A stretch of 64,000 bases of DNA, from assembly GCA_963663165.1 (NCBI GenBank), contig OY760175.1, positions 4,192,001-4,256,000 on the forward strand, written 5' to 3'. This document shows, piece after piece, positions 19,479 through 29,608 of the stretch. This DNA is from an uncultured Desulfospira sp. Lineage in GTDB: Bacteria > Desulfobacterota > Desulfobacteria > Desulfobacterales > Desulfobacteraceae. Made by a program: the position numbers and the translations under genes. Every line of letters begins with the position of its first letter. Within the stretch, counting starts at the first letter, position 1. The notes under the pieces were generated by a model. The model did no database searches, was not told where the DNA came from, and saw nothing but the letters and a program-made list of their open reading frames with translations.

Positions 19479-20249
19479 CTACATCAATTTATCCGGCCTG
19501 TCCGCTTCAAGAATTATGCTGACCGCCTCCTGGGCCACGGCCAGGCCAAAGGCGCCGGGCACCCAGGAGACACTGCCCAGGGGGGGCCGGGACCGGCCGT
19601 GGCCGGGCAGGGGATCGTCAACATCAGCCGGCTTAAAGGGCTGTTTGTTCAAGGGGGGTTCGGTGGAATAAACACAGCGCACCCCGTCATAAAGCCCCCG
19701 CCGGTGGAGCCGCTGCCGGACCACCCGGGCCAGGGGACAGACACTGGATTCGCTGATATCCCCGGTTTTGATCATGGATATGTCGGTTCTGCCGGCCGCG
19801 CCCATGGCAGAGACCACGGGAAGGTTCATCAGTCTTGCCCCGAAAATCAGGTTGACCTTTGAGTTGAGCCCGTCAATGGCGTCTACCACCAGGGTAAGGT
19901 CCGGGGATAAGAGATCGGTTAAGCTGTCGGCATTGACAAAGGCCGAGTGAAGGTCCACCCGGCATTCCGGGTTGATGTCCAGGACCCGTTCCCTGGCAAG
20001 TTCCGCCTTTGACCGTCCCACCGTAGAGTTCAACGCCAGAATCTGCCGGTTGATGTTGGACAGATCCACCCGGTCAAAGTCCACCAGCCTTAAAAAGCCG
20101 ATGCCGGACCGGGCCAGGGCCTCAAGGGCAAAGGACCCCACGGCCCCGAGGCCGAACACGGCCACCCGGGCGGATTTGATTTTTTTCATGTTGTCGGGGC
20201 CTAACAGCTGTTCAATGCGGGCAAACTGGTCCAAAACAGGCGTCCTCAA
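19479..20249 (-). CDS. tcdA: tRNA threonylcarbamoyladenosine dehydratase (ThiF family)
   Basis: GLGAVGS, SNINRQ, DAID, SAMGAAG and CPLAR motifs. Confidence 0.85.
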   Translation of the reverse strand: MRTPVLDQFARIEQLLGPDNMKKIKSARVAVFGLGAVGSFALEALARSGIGFLRLVDFDRVDLSNINRQILALNSTVGRSKAELARERVLDINPECRVDLHSAFVNADSLTDLLSPDLTLVVDAIDGLNSKVNLIFGARLMNLPVVSAMGAAGRTDISMIKTGDISESSVCPLARVVRQRLHRRGLYDGVRCVYSTEPPLNKQPFKPADVDDPLPGHGRSRPPLGSVSWVPGAFGLAVAQEAVSIILEADRPDKLM

Positions 20250-21031
20250 GGCAGAATAGGGTTAAATATCTTCAGGCTGTTGGCATAGGCCCGGTCACAG
20301 AAAGTTTTTTCATCCATCCCCTTTAACCGGGCCGCGATGCCGGCAATGGCGGGGACATTGGCCGGTTCGTTGAGTGTTGAAGAAGGGGGCTCATGGCCAA
20401 GGCTGGGATAGATGTCCGGGGCGTCAGTTTCCAGCAGCAGCCGGTCCATGGCGACGGCCCCAAGGGCTTTGACGGTTTTTTTGGCGTTGGGCCGGGTCAC
20501 GGACCCGGAAAAGGACAGATAGAGATGGTATTTTTCTAAAACCGCTGCCATGTCCGCTGACCCGGAATAGGAGTGGATCAGCCCCGGGGTTTTTAACGGG
20601 CCGGTCTTTTTTAAGATCTGGATTAAGCCGTCCCAGGCCTTTCTGATGTGGATGTTGATGGGCCGTTTGAATTCAAGGGCAAGGCCCAGGTGAAATTTAA
20701 ACACCGTTACCTGAAGGTCCCGGTCAGCGGTTTTATCCATAAAGTCCAGGCCGGTCTCCCCGATGCCCCAGGGACCTGATCCCACCCGGTCGGCCAGGAC
20801 CTGCCGCCAGTTGTCCGACAGCGAATCTAAAAACCAGGGATGAATCCCGTAACAGGGCAGAACGCTTTGATACCTTTGGGCCAGGCGGGCCGTGGTTTCA
20901 AAGTTGCTTTCCATGGTGCTGCACGTGACCATATAGTCCACCCCGGACCGGGCCGCACGGCCGATGATATGGTCCATATCATGGATGATCCGGTCATCGT
21001 GGAGGTGGCAGTGGGAATCAATATACCGCAT
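20246..21031 (-). CDS. tatD: TatD-family hydrolase
   Basis: DSHCH, GIHPW, GETGLD, HSYSG and ETDAP motifs. Confidence 0.92.
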   Translation of the reverse strand: MRYIDSHCHLHDDRIIHDMDHIIGRAARSGVDYMVTCSTMESNFETTARLAQRYQSVLPCYGIHPWFLDSLSDNWRQVLADRVGSGPWGIGETGLDFMDKTADRDLQVTVFKFHLGLALEFKRPINIHIRKAWDGLIQILKKTGPLKTPGLIHSYSGSADMAAVLEKYHLYLSFSGSVTRPNAKKTVKALGAVAMDRLLLETDAPDIYPSLGHEPPSSTLNEPANVPAIAGIAARLKGMDEKTFCDRAYANSLKIFNPILP

Positions 21032-21048
21032 GGCAGACGGCTGCCGGA

Positions 21049-21510
21049 TCAGGCGTTAAGCCGGCTGTTGTGAATGGCCAAAAGGGCCATGTGGTAGCCA
21101 AAATGGCCGAACCCCGTGATCTGGCCTGTGGCAATTCCGGCCACAAAGGATTTATGGCGGAATGCTTCGCGTTTGTGGATGTTGGACAGATGAACTTCGG
21201 CAATGGGGCAGGAGAGAAGGAGGAGGGCATCCCGCAGGGCCACACTGGTGTGGGTTAAAGCCCCGGGGTTGATAATCACGCCGGCCGGGTCCTGCTCAAA
21301 AATGGCCTGGATATAATCCACCAGGGCCCCTTCATGGTTGGACTGGAAAAAGGCCAGGTCAAGGCCCAGGTTCCGGGCGGCGTTTTCCAGTTCAGTGTTG
21401 ATCTGCTCCAGGGTTAGGGACCCGTAAACTTCAGGTTCCCGCTTTCCCAGCATGTTCAGGTTCGGGCCGTTGATCACGTGGATCCGGCCGGTGTCAGTCT
21501 TTTTTTTCAT
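21049..21510 (-). CDS. aroQ: Type II 3-dehydroquinate dehydratase
   Basis: [23 protein letters not shown] and [15 protein letters not shown] motifs. Confidence 0.96.
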   Translation of the reverse strand: MKKKTDTGRIHVINGPNLNMLGKREPEVYGSLTLEQINTELENAARNLGLDLAFFQSNHEGALVDYIQAIFEQDPAGVIINPGALTHTSVALRDALLLLSCPIAEVHLSNIHKREAFRHKSFVAGIATGQITGFGHFGYHMALLAIHNSRLNA

Positions 21511-21610
21511 TTTTATCAGATCTTTTTAAGGTTATGCACCGATTCTTCCCTTACTATCACATCTTTCCGGGAAAGGGAAAGTCAACCTATTCGGCAGCCA
21601 ATGTAGGGGA

Positions 21611-21676
21611 TTAGGCTGAAGGCTGAAGGGGTTTAGGGTTGTGCATCCCTTCAGCCTAACCACCTTCAGTCTAATT
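21611..21676. repeat. GGCTGAA-type palindromic intergenic repeat
   Basis: TTAGGCTGAAGGCTGAAGGGG...CCCTTCAGCCTAA..CCTTCAGTCTAA; related copies at 26166-26219 and 47268-47302. Confidence 0.7.
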
Positions 21677-21741
21677 ACCTTTTCTACATTAATTTTACTA
21701 CCAATAACCCAAAATCATGCCGGATTATAAATGTGGTTGCC

Positions 21742-22347
21742 CTATTCACTAACCGTTAGCCTGATTTTTTGATAGGGTTCAATGGCCGTTAACAGCTGTT
21801 CAGGTGCAACCGGTTTTGAATCAAGGGTTGTGCGGCATATGGCGTTGAGGACATCTGGCCGCCGTTTCATGAAAGAGACAAATGAACGGCCAGATACCGT
21901 AACGCCAGCCTCTAAAAGCCCGGTACTTTTATCCCTTGCGATCTGGTTGAATAACTTTAAGGTTACCGTTACACCTCCCCCTTTTCCGTTTTCCCGGGCC
22001 GCCTTTTCAGGCACGGTGCGCAATGAACTGTGGATGCCGCCTTTTCTGAAAATGGCCCCGGCAAGACCCGGCATGGCAGCGGAGAGGGCCACCACCGCCC
22101 GGGTTCCCTCAATAGGGGTCTTCAGGTCGTCAACGGGATTGCTGTTCAAAAAGATGGTTTGCACTTTTTGGGCCACATAGGTTTGTGAAAAGCCCGGGCA
22201 GGAGCAGATAAAATCACCGAGCAGTACACCGGATACTGCTTCAATTTCAATGCCGGATTGAAACAGAGTTGAAAACATGACCGCCTTTCCGGGTAAAACC
22301 GTAAACCGGACGTCGGGTAAGGTGCCTGAATATGAGTCTTTTTTCAT
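21742..22347 (-). CDS. Conserved hypothetical protein (ubiquitin-like TIFLN..PVDD / LSAAMPG motif), AOR-adjacent
   Basis: 201-aa ORF divergent from AOR. Confidence 0.7.
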   Translation of the reverse strand: MKKDSYSGTLPDVRFTVLPGKAVMFSTLFQSGIEIEAVSGVLLGDFICSCPGFSQTYVAQKVQTIFLNSNPVDDLKTPIEGTRAVVALSAAMPGLAGAIFRKGGIHSSLRTVPEKAARENGKGGGVTVTLKLFNQIARDKSTGLLEAGVTVSGRSFVSFMKRRPDVLNAICRTTLDSKPVAPEQLLTAIEPYQKIRLTVSE

Positions 22348-22534
22348 TTATAACCGGTGTTGCCCATTGGCAGTATACTGAAAAACGACTTGTGCAAGCA
22401 TTGGCATTATCTCTCCTTGGGGTGTGGAAATATATGTTTTTTATATGTTGTTATTTAACCAAAATCCGATTAAAATTAAACGACTTTTTAACAGGTTAAT
22501 ACTTTTACAGGCCCTGTTAAACAAAAGAGTTTTT

Positions 22535-22686
22535 GTAACTATTCAGCTAATGCTGAAAACTAAGCAACAGCAGGGTCCGTAACTGTTTATCAGTGCTTCA
22601 TATTTGTTTAGTCAGGACTTCGTAGCATACTTTTGCTATGTGAGAAGGCCTGAATGAGCGAAGATGGGGCACTGCTGAACAGTTAC
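22535..22686. mobile_element. 152-bp MITE
   Basis: 13-bp TIRs GTAACTATTCAGC / GCTGAACAGTTAC (12/13 match); 8-bp TSD GAGTTTTT at 22527-22534 and 22687-22694. Confidence 0.85.
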
Positions 22687-22721
22687 GAGTTTTTTTAATT
22701 TACAGATATGGAGGACAGGCA

Positions 22722-24452
22722 ATGGCTGAGAAAATTTTAAGGGTAAACATGTCGGATCTAAGCACAACAGTTGAATCCGTACCGGATCAATGGATGGGGC
22801 TTGGCGGCCGGGGGTTGACTTCAACCGTTGTTGCTGCCGAGGTTGAGCCCACCTGTCACCCCTTAGGACAGCACAACAAGCTGGTTATTGCACCGGGCCT
22901 GCTCTCCGGCACCCCTGCGGCCAATTCGGGCCGTCTCTCCTTTGGATCAAAGAGCCCGCTGACCGAAACCATCAAAGAGTCCAACGCCGGCGGTACGTCG
23001 GCCCAGTTTCTGGCCCGGCTCGGGATTAAAGCCATCATCATTGAAGGCAAGCCCGCGGACGATAAAAAATGGTACTCCCTCCACGTGGATGAGCAGGGGG
23101 CGGCCATCAAGGAAGAGACCGAGACCATCGGCAAGGGCAATTTTGAAACCATTCAAATCCTCAATGAGAGACTGGGTGACAAAATCGGGGTGATCGCCAT
23201 TGGCCCTGCCGGTGAAATGCTCATGAGCGCCGCCAATCTCTCCATAAAGGACCCTGACAGCCACATCCGGTCTGCCGGCCGGGGGGGCCTGGGCGCGGTC
23301 ATGGGGACCAAACGGATAAAGTTTATCTCCGTTGAACCCAGCAAGGCCAAAATAGACATTGCTAACCCGGACGCCTTCAAAGCGGCCAATAAGGCGTTCT
23401 CCAAAGCCCTGGTCAACCATCCGGTCAGCCAGAGTCTCGGACAGTACGGCACCAATGTCCTGGTCAACGTGATTAACGAATCCGGCGGACTGCCCACCAG
23501 AAATTTTACCGGCGGACAGTATGAGCAGCATGACGCCATCTCCGGCGAAACCATGTATGACACCATCACGGCCCGGGGCGGCAAACCCAAACACAACTGC
23601 CATCCGGGCTGCGTTATTCAATGTTCCCAGATCTACGCGGACCTGAAAGGCAAATACAAAACCTCCGGGTTTGAATATGAAACCATCTGGGCCTTTGGCG
23701 CGGACTGCTGCATCGACAACCTGGACCATGTGGCCGAAGCCGACAGCATTCTGGATGATCTCGGCCTGGATTCCATTGAAATCCCCGTGGCATTTGGCGT
23801 GGCCATGGAAGCGGGTATCCTTAATTTTGGCGACGGCCTTGAAGTCTGCCGCATCCTTCGCGAGGAAGTCGGCAAAGGGACCCCCTTGGGAAGAATTATC
23901 GGCAACGGCGCCGCATCCGTAGGGAAAATGTTCGGTGCCACCCGGGTCCCGGTGGTAAAGGGGCAGGCCATTCCCGCCTATGATCCCCGGGCCATTAAAG
24001 GCATCGGCATCACCTATGCCACCTCCACCCAGGGGGCGGACCACACCATGGGATACACCATTGCCACCAACATCCTCGGGGTGGGCGGTACTGTTGACCC
24101 CTTGAGCAAGGAAGGACAGGTGGAACTTTCCCGGAACCTCCAGATTGCCACCGCAGCCATTGATTCCACGGGCATGTGCCTGTTCATCGCCTTTGCGGCG
24201 CTGGATGATGAAACCTGCCTGCCGTCCCTGATCGACATGATCAATGCCCGGTTCGGCATCTCCCTGACCGCAGATGACGTGACCAACCTGGGCAAATCCA
24301 TCTTGAAGACCGAACATAATTTTAACCTGGCCGCAGGGTTCACCAACAAGGATGACCGGCTGCCGGAATTCTTCAAAACCGAAGCCATTGCGCCCCACAA
24401 TGTGGTCTGGGATATCAGTGATGAAACCATTGACTCCTTCTGGGATTTTTAA
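22722..24452 (+). CDS. aor: Tungsten-dependent aldehyde:ferredoxin oxidoreductase family protein
   Basis: GGRG, KSPLT..KESNAGG, AGRGGLGAVMG, CxxGCxxxC, EYET and DDLGLD motifs. Confidence 0.93.
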   Translation: MAEKILRVNMSDLSTTVESVPDQWMGLGGRGLTSTVVAAEVEPTCHPLGQHNKLVIAPGLLSGTPAANSGRLSFGSKSPLTETIKESNAGGTSAQFLARLGIKAIIIEGKPADDKKWYSLHVDEQGAAIKEETETIGKGNFETIQILNERLGDKIGVIAIGPAGEMLMSAANLSIKDPDSHIRSAGRGGLGAVMGTKRIKFISVEPSKAKIDIANPDAFKAANKAFSKALVNHPVSQSLGQYGTNVLVNVINESGGLPTRNFTGGQYEQHDAISGETMYDTITARGGKPKHNCHPGCVIQCSQIYADLKGKYKTSGFEYETIWAFGADCCIDNLDHVAEADSILDDLGLDSIEIPVAFGVAMEAGILNFGDGLEVCRILREEVGKGTPLGRIIGNGAASVGKMFGATRVPVVKGQAIPAYDPRAIKGIGITYATSTQGADHTMGYTIATNILGVGGTVDPLSKEGQVELSRNLQIATAAIDSTGMCLFIAFAALDDETCLPSLIDMINARFGISLTADDVTNLGKSILKTEHNFNLAAGFTNKDDRLPEFFKTEAIAPHNVVWDISDETIDSFWDF

Positions 24453-24505
24453 CGGCTTCCCGCTATGGATCATGATTTAAAACCTTTTGGCGGTTATTGG
24501 GCGGC

Positions 24506-24730
24506 ATGCAGATTACCGTAAGATTATTTGCCTATTTCCGGGATGGCCGGTTCAAAGAGAAGGTTATGGATTTTCCCCAGGGAACAACGGTAGAAAACAT
24601 CGTTGATTCCCTGGGGATAAACCCACAGGAGGTAGGCATCACCATGATCAATTCCCGCCACTGCCCCCTGGACCAAATCCCTGAAGAATCCGACAAACTG
24701 GCCATTTTCCCCGTAATCGGCGGGGGATAG
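24506..24730 (+). CDS. moaD: MoaD/ThiS-family sulfur carrier
   Basis: VRLFA start, C-terminal FPVIGGG. Confidence 0.88.
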   Translation: MQITVRLFAYFRDGRFKEKVMDFPQGTTVENIVDSLGINPQEVGITMINSRHCPLDQIPEESDKLAIFPVIGGG

Positions 24731-24832
24731 CCCAGAACAAACTCATTTTAAAAAAAGATATGATATGATAAGATTCCCGGTGGTTATGATTAATACCGGC
24801 GGATACACCATTGGCTTGCTTTTTTTAACATT

Positions 24833-26110
24833 ATGAAAAATTTCTTCAATCTCAAAAGCTCTTCGGAAGTCCTTGCCTTATATGAGCAGTTTGTTCCATT
24901 GGCAGCAGAAAATATAGATCTGATTTCTGCCCGGGGCCGTATTTTAGCAAAGGATATTTTCAGCCCGGAACAGCTCCCGCCCTTTTTCCGGTCCACCATG
25001 GACGGATTTGCGGTGCGGGCCCGGGACACCTTTGGCTGTTCCGAATCTGAACCGGCCCTGATGGAGATGATCCATGAAGTTAAGATGGGCCATACCAGCC
25101 GGGATATCACCCTTGGCCCGGGCCAGGCCGCCCGGATCTGGACCGGCGGGGAACTGCCCCAAAAAGCCGATGCCGTGGTCATGCTGGAATATACCAGGGA
25201 TTTTGATGAAAACAGCATTGCCATATACAGACCGGTTGTCCCGGGGGAAAATGTGATCACCGCCGGCGAGGATTACCAGAAAGGGGAGTTGGTCCTGCCC
25301 CGGGGCCGCATATTGCGCCCCCAGGACATGGGGGTTCTCTCCGGCCTGGGCATTTCAAGCCTCCCGGTTTATCAGCGCCCGAAAGTGGCCGTCATTTCCA
25401 CCGGTGATGAACTGGTGCCGGCCGACACCCCGGCACCGGCTCCGGGAAAAATCAGGGACATCAATTCCACCACCCTGGCGGCCCTCATTGCTGAAGCCGG
25501 CGGGATCCCCATCTTATGCGGCATCTGCAATGACGATTTTGATGCCCTGGTGGACAGGAGTTCAAAGGCCATTGACCAGGCAGACATCCTGGTGTTCTCC
25601 GGCGGCAGTTCCGTGGGGATGAGGGATTTTACCCTCAAGGTTATCGAATCCATAACAGACGCCCAGCTCCTGGTCCATGGGATTGCCATCCGCCCGGGAA
25701 AACCCACCATTATCGCCCGGCAGCACAACAAGGCCCTGATCGGGCTTCCCGGCCATGTCACCTCGGCCATTGTTATTTTTTATCTTTTTGTCCGGCCGCT
25801 AATTCGAAAGCTTTCCGGCCTTTGCGCCTCTCACGGGTTGCGAATGGTCCGGGGCAGAACCACCCAGCCCATTGCCTCGGTCAGTGGCAGAGAAGATTAT
25901 GTCAGGGTACAGCTGACCATGGCCCGGGGGGATACCGGCCTTGAGGTAGCGCCCCTTTACGGCCGTTCAGGACTGATCGCCCCGCTGGTTGACGCCCACG
26001 GGCTGCTGCCCATCGGACGGGATACCGAGGGGCTGGACAAGGGGAGTGTGGTCGATGTACTGCTTTTTCCCGATGAACATCATACCGGATTTAATCCATC
26101 ACTGATGTAA
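24833..26110 (+). CDS. moeA: Molybdopterin molybdotransferase MoeA
   Basis: RSTMDGFAV, STGDEL, SGGSSVG, RPGKP and GLPG motifs. Confidence 0.93.
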   Translation: MKNFFNLKSSSEVLALYEQFVPLAAENIDLISARGRILAKDIFSPEQLPPFFRSTMDGFAVRARDTFGCSESEPALMEMIHEVKMGHTSRDITLGPGQAARIWTGGELPQKADAVVMLEYTRDFDENSIAIYRPVVPGENVITAGEDYQKGELVLPRGRILRPQDMGVLSGLGISSLPVYQRPKVAVISTGDELVPADTPAPAPGKIRDINSTTLAALIAEAGGIPILCGICNDDFDALVDRSSKAIDQADILVFSGGSSVGMRDFTLKVIESITDAQLLVHGIAIRPGKPTIIARQHNKALIGLPGHVTSAIVIFYLFVRPLIRKLSGLCASHGLRMVRGRTTQPIASVSGREDYVRVQLTMARGDTGLEVAPLYGRSGLIAPLVDAHGLLPIGRDTEGLDKGSVVDVLLFPDEHHTGFNPSLM

Positions 26111-26160
26111 CCGCACCGGGCTGATTGGGTTGTCTAATCCGGATAAGCCCACAACATAAA
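26108..26160 (-). repeat. REP-like hairpin (TGTGGGC...GCCCGG family)
   Basis: Minus strand TGTTGTGGGC...GCCCGGTGCGGTTA resembles 33971-34019 and 57801-57847. Confidence 0.5.
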
Positions 26161-26165
26161 GAGAG

Positions 26166-26219
26166 CCTGAAGGGGCGAAGCAACCCTAACAGCCTTCAGT
26201 CTAAACCCCTTCAGCCTTT
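26166..26219 (-). repeat. GGCTGAA-type repeat
   Basis: CAGCCTTCAGTCTAAACCCCTTCAGCCTTT is close to the reverse complement of 47268-47297. Confidence 0.7.
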
Positions 26220-26242
26220 CACAAAACCTGAAAGGAAATAAC

Positions 26243-28189
26243 GTGCCAGCCAAACGAAATGTTTATTTAAACATGAAGTCCAGGGGTGAGGCAAAACAAC
26301 TGTTTTTTGCCCGTTTTTCAGGGTACAGAACCGGTCAGGAAACCATTGGTGTCCGGTCTTCAGGGGGCCGGGTAACGGCAGCGCCGGTGTTTGCAAGGTT
26401 TTCTTCTCCATCCTTTCATTCGGCCGCCATGGACGGGATCGCCGTTCTGGCCAGAGAAACCTTCAGCGCCTCGGATCAGGCGCCCCTTACCCTTTCCCTT
26501 GAAGCCGGGCAGGCGGTAATGATCAATACCGGCCATCCCATGCCTCAGGACAAAGACGCCGTCATCATGATCGAAGATATTGTCATGGCAGAAGACGGCA
26601 ATACCACTGTGATTCGCAAGCCTGCGTACCCCTGGCAGCATGTCCGCAAAGTCGGCGAGGATATCGTGGCTTCCGAGCTGTTGTTTCCCACCGGGCATCA
26701 AATTGTACCGGCGGATATGGCGGCCCTGATAACGGCCGGCTGTTCACAGATCAGTGTCCGCTGCCGCCCTAAGCTTACCATTATCCCCTCGGGTTCAGAG
26801 CTGATAGAACTTGACGACACCCTTTCTGAACTGCCTGCCGGCAAAACCATCGAATCCAACTCGGCCGCCCTTTGCGCCCTTGCCGAGCAGGCCGGGGCCA
26901 GGGTCTGGATTGAGCCCATCATAGAAGATGATTTGGCCGGCTTAAAAAACCGGCTGCTCACCGCCGTGAAGAGCGATGCCGATATGGTCATCATCAACGC
27001 AGGATCTTCTGCGGGCAGTGCCGATTACACCCTGCCGGCCATAGAAGAACTCGGAGAGGTACTCACCCACGGCATTACCATCATGCCCGGCAAACCCACC
27101 ATTCTGGGCATTATTGAAAATAAACCCGTGGTCGGTATTCCCGGCTATCCCGTATCGGCCATCATTGCCATGGAGGAATTTGCCGTTCCCCTTCTGGCCG
27201 GCATGCAGGGCATCACCCTTCCGGCTTCCCGGACCATAGAAGCCGTTATTACCAAAGATCTGCCCTCAAAATCCGGTATTGAGGAATTCCGGCGCATGGT
27301 GGTGGGCAAAATTGGCGAAACATATGTGGCCACGCCTTTGAAAAAAGGGGCCGGGGCCATCACCACCCTGACCCGGGCCAACGGGATGCTCAAAATTGAA
27401 GCCGGGGCTGAGGGCATAAAAGGGGGAACAAAAAAGACCATTGAACTACTCGCCCCCAGGTCCCGGATTGATGCCACCATTCTGTGTACCGGAAGCCATG
27501 ATTTAAGCCTTAATGTTCTGGGCGACCTTCTCCAGAAAAACGAGCCGTCGTTTTCCCTTTCATCATCCCATGTGGGCAGTCTTGGCGGGATTATCGCCAT
27601 TAAAGACGGGATGTGCCATATGGCGGGCAGCCACCTTCTTGACGTAAATGACGGCTCCTACAACGTGCAAACCATCAAAAAGTACATCAAGGGCAAGGAC
27701 CTGCGGTTAATTACCCTGGTTTATAGAGAACAGGGATTTATCGTAAAACCCGGTAACCCTAAAAACATTCATTCCATTGCCAGCCTTCTGGAAAACGATA
27801 TCAAATTTATCAACCGCCAGGCCGGATCCGGCACAAGGGTGCTGTTTGACTATGAACTAGACCGGAACCATCTGGACTGCGATGATATTGACGGGTATGA
27901 CCAGGAGGAGTACACCCATATGGCCGTGGCCGTGGCGGTTCTTTCGGGCCGGGCCGATACGGGCTTGGGGATAAAATCCGCGGCCCAGGCCATGGGCTTG
28001 GGCTTTGTTCCCCTGGTTGAAGAACGGTATGACCTGATCATCCCCGAAGCGGTGTTTGGCACACCGGCCATGGCCCATACCATGGAACTGATCAACGGCA
28101 GGGAATTCAAACAGGCCGTGGAAGCCCTTGGCGGTTATTCCACACGGGAAACCGGAAACGAAGTTAGTTTAGGACCGCAAATTTTATAA
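26243..28189 (+). CDS. moeA: MoeA fused to a C-terminal PBP (LysR-like substrate-binding) domain
   Basis: SAAMDG, MPGKP, GSHD, VGSLGG, NRQAGSGTR and EERYD motifs. Confidence 0.92.
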   Translation: MPAKRNVYLNMKSRGEAKQLFFARFSGYRTGQETIGVRSSGGRVTAAPVFARFSSPSFHSAAMDGIAVLARETFSASDQAPLTLSLEAGQAVMINTGHPMPQDKDAVIMIEDIVMAEDGNTTVIRKPAYPWQHVRKVGEDIVASELLFPTGHQIVPADMAALITAGCSQISVRCRPKLTIIPSGSELIELDDTLSELPAGKTIESNSAALCALAEQAGARVWIEPIIEDDLAGLKNRLLTAVKSDADMVIINAGSSAGSADYTLPAIEELGEVLTHGITIMPGKPTILGIIENKPVVGIPGYPVSAIIAMEEFAVPLLAGMQGITLPASRTIEAVITKDLPSKSGIEEFRRMVVGKIGETYVATPLKKGAGAITTLTRANGMLKIEAGAEGIKGGTKKTIELLAPRSRIDATILCTGSHDLSLNVLGDLLQKNEPSFSLSSSHVGSLGGIIAIKDGMCHMAGSHLLDVNDGSYNVQTIKKYIKGKDLRLITLVYREQGFIVKPGNPKNIHSIASLLENDIKFINRQAGSGTRVLFDYELDRNHLDCDDIDGYDQEEYTHMAVAVAVLSGRADTGLGIKSAAQAMGLGFVPLVEERYDLIIPEAVFGTPAMAHTMELINGREFKQAVEALGGYSTRETGNEVSLGPQIL

Positions 28190-28316
28190 AGGGATCAAAA
28201 TTACTTGTTCTTTGACTCATCTACTGCGTTGCATCAAAGGCCCAATAGCCCTACTATTGGGCCTTTGATGCGCCTTGTATATGAGCCAAAGCCCGGCGCA
28301 ATTTTGACCACTTTAT
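28186..28316. repeat. Palindromic repeat (CATCT.CTGCGTTG / CGCCTTG.ATATG family)
   Basis: Outer imperfect 17-bp IR, inner perfect 18-bp stem at 28231-28271. Confidence 0.8.
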
Positions 28317-29012
28317 TTCATCTGAGGTCCTTAGGGTAACCCATTCGTTGTTTTTCAGGTCCATGATCAGGCAGCCATCGGCAAGGTCCGACGGCTGTGC
28401 CAGCAAAATTTTCAAGGTTTCGGAAACCTGGATGCCGGCCACCAAAGCAACGGTAAAGGAGAGGACTGACGGCGGCTTTTGCCGGGCTTGATCAATGTGC
28501 CGGGGATAGAGTTTCCGGTACAGATCCCCCTTGGGCAGCTGAACCCCGGCCTGGCCGGTCCAGCCGCTGACCGCCCCGTATACCAGGGCTTTGCCGTACC
28601 GGGAGCAAAGGTCTGAAAGGTCGCGCCTGGCGTCCACATTATCCAGGCAGTCCACCACGGCATCTGCCCGGCCAAATATGTCCGGGTCCGTAACCTTTCG
28701 AAAATCCATGGGAAAGGGAACCACCTGGCCAAAGGGATGAATCTTTTCAGACCGCCTGGCCGCTACCTCGGCCTTGTTTTGGCCTATGGTCTCACTGGTG
28801 GCATTGAGCTGCCGGTTGCAGTTGCTGATGGAAAACAGATCCGGGTCAAAGCAGTCGATATGGCCGACCCCTAAGCGGACCAGCTGTTCGATGACATACC
28901 CGCCAAGCCCGCCGCAGCCCACCACACAAACCCTTTTTTGCTGTAGATTTTTCTGCTGCTCGTGTGTTAGGGTATCCCAGTTTTTTGCAAAAATATCCCT
29001 ATAATCCGGCAT
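28254..29012 (-). CDS. MoeB/ThiF/HesA-family adenylyltransferase
   Basis: GCGGLG, SNCNRQ and DCLDN motifs; C-terminal ~20 aa read from the repeat. Confidence 0.85.
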   Translation of the reverse strand: MPDYRDIFAKNWDTLTHEQQKNLQQKRVCVVGCGGLGGYVIEQLVRLGVGHIDCFDPDLFSISNCNRQLNATSETIGQNKAEVAARRSEKIHPFGQVVPFPMDFRKVTDPDIFGRADAVVDCLDNVDARRDLSDLCSRYGKALVYGAVSGWTGQAGVQLPKGDLYRKLYPRHIDQARQKPPSVLSFTVALVAGIQVSETLKILLAQPSDLADGCLIMDLKNNEWVTLRTSDEIKWSKLRRALAHIQGASKAQ

Positions 29013-29034
29013 TACAGCCCCCTTAAAGACGGCC

Positions 29035-29427
29035 ATGACACAACATAAAAATTCACCCGGCTACAATAACAAGACGGTTTTGCGATGGTTCAATATCGCT
29101 GTCAGAACCGGTCATCTGGCCGCCATGGCCGTGTATTTCGGCGGTTCGCTATTGTCTGTTTCCCACGACAGCCTGCTGCCCTGGTTCCATGGGGTTGTTG
29201 TCAGTGGCCTGCTGCTGGCAGGGTTTGAATATCTTCATGACCGCCGCTGGCCCCACCGGGGCAACGGCCTTATGAGCTATTTTCATATCCTCTGTACGGT
29301 TCTTGCCGTTACAATTGAGAGCCTAACGCTGCCGCTGTTGTGGGTGGTGCTCATCAGCGGATCGGTATGCAGTCATGCGTCACGCAAGTACAGGCACTGG
29401 TCCTTTATCGAAGGCCCGGAAAAATAG
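29035..29427 (+). CDS. Small hypothetical membrane protein
   Basis: Four hydrophobic segments with RTGHL and SH..RKYRH motifs. Confidence 0.7.
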   Translation: MTQHKNSPGYNNKTVLRWFNIAVRTGHLAAMAVYFGGSLLSVSHDSLLPWFHGVVVSGLLLAGFEYLHDRRWPHRGNGLMSYFHILCTVLAVTIESLTLPLLWVVLISGSVCSHASRKYRHWSFIEGPEK

Positions 29428-29551
29428 TGTTTGAACGAGAAGCCACCCATCTGCTGCGTTGTAGAAAAAACGGCAATCCTCACAACCGCCAGGTTGCTCC
29501 GGTTGCCATTTTTTCTACGCCTTGCATATGGGCAACTTCTCGTCCAAACGC
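29427..29551. repeat. GTGTTTGAACG-ended palindromic repeat
   Basis: Nested IRs; homologous to 32140-32220 in the opposite orientation. Confidence 0.85.
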
Positions 29552-29573
29552 GGGTTACCAGCCGTACCGCACG

Positions 29574-29608
29574 GCTGGCAGCTGACAGCTAATGGCTAAC
29601 AGCTAAAA
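29574..29608 (+). repeat. GCTAACR heptamer tandem repeat
   Basis: GCTGGCA-GCTGACA-GCTAATG-GCTAACA-GCTAAAA. Confidence 0.7.

Noticed and set aside
16949..21031. ATPase-ThiF-TatD as a defence system
   Set aside because: The ThiF protein is TcdA-like, the genes run on from aroQ with host-like GC, and no nuclease effector is present.
22360..22410. Sigma54 promoter for aor or the divergent gene
   Set aside because: The GG/GC spacing does not match the -24/-12 consensus.
22947..24473. 508-aa antisense ORF
   Set aside because: Shadow of aor produced by codon bias; no recognisable motifs.
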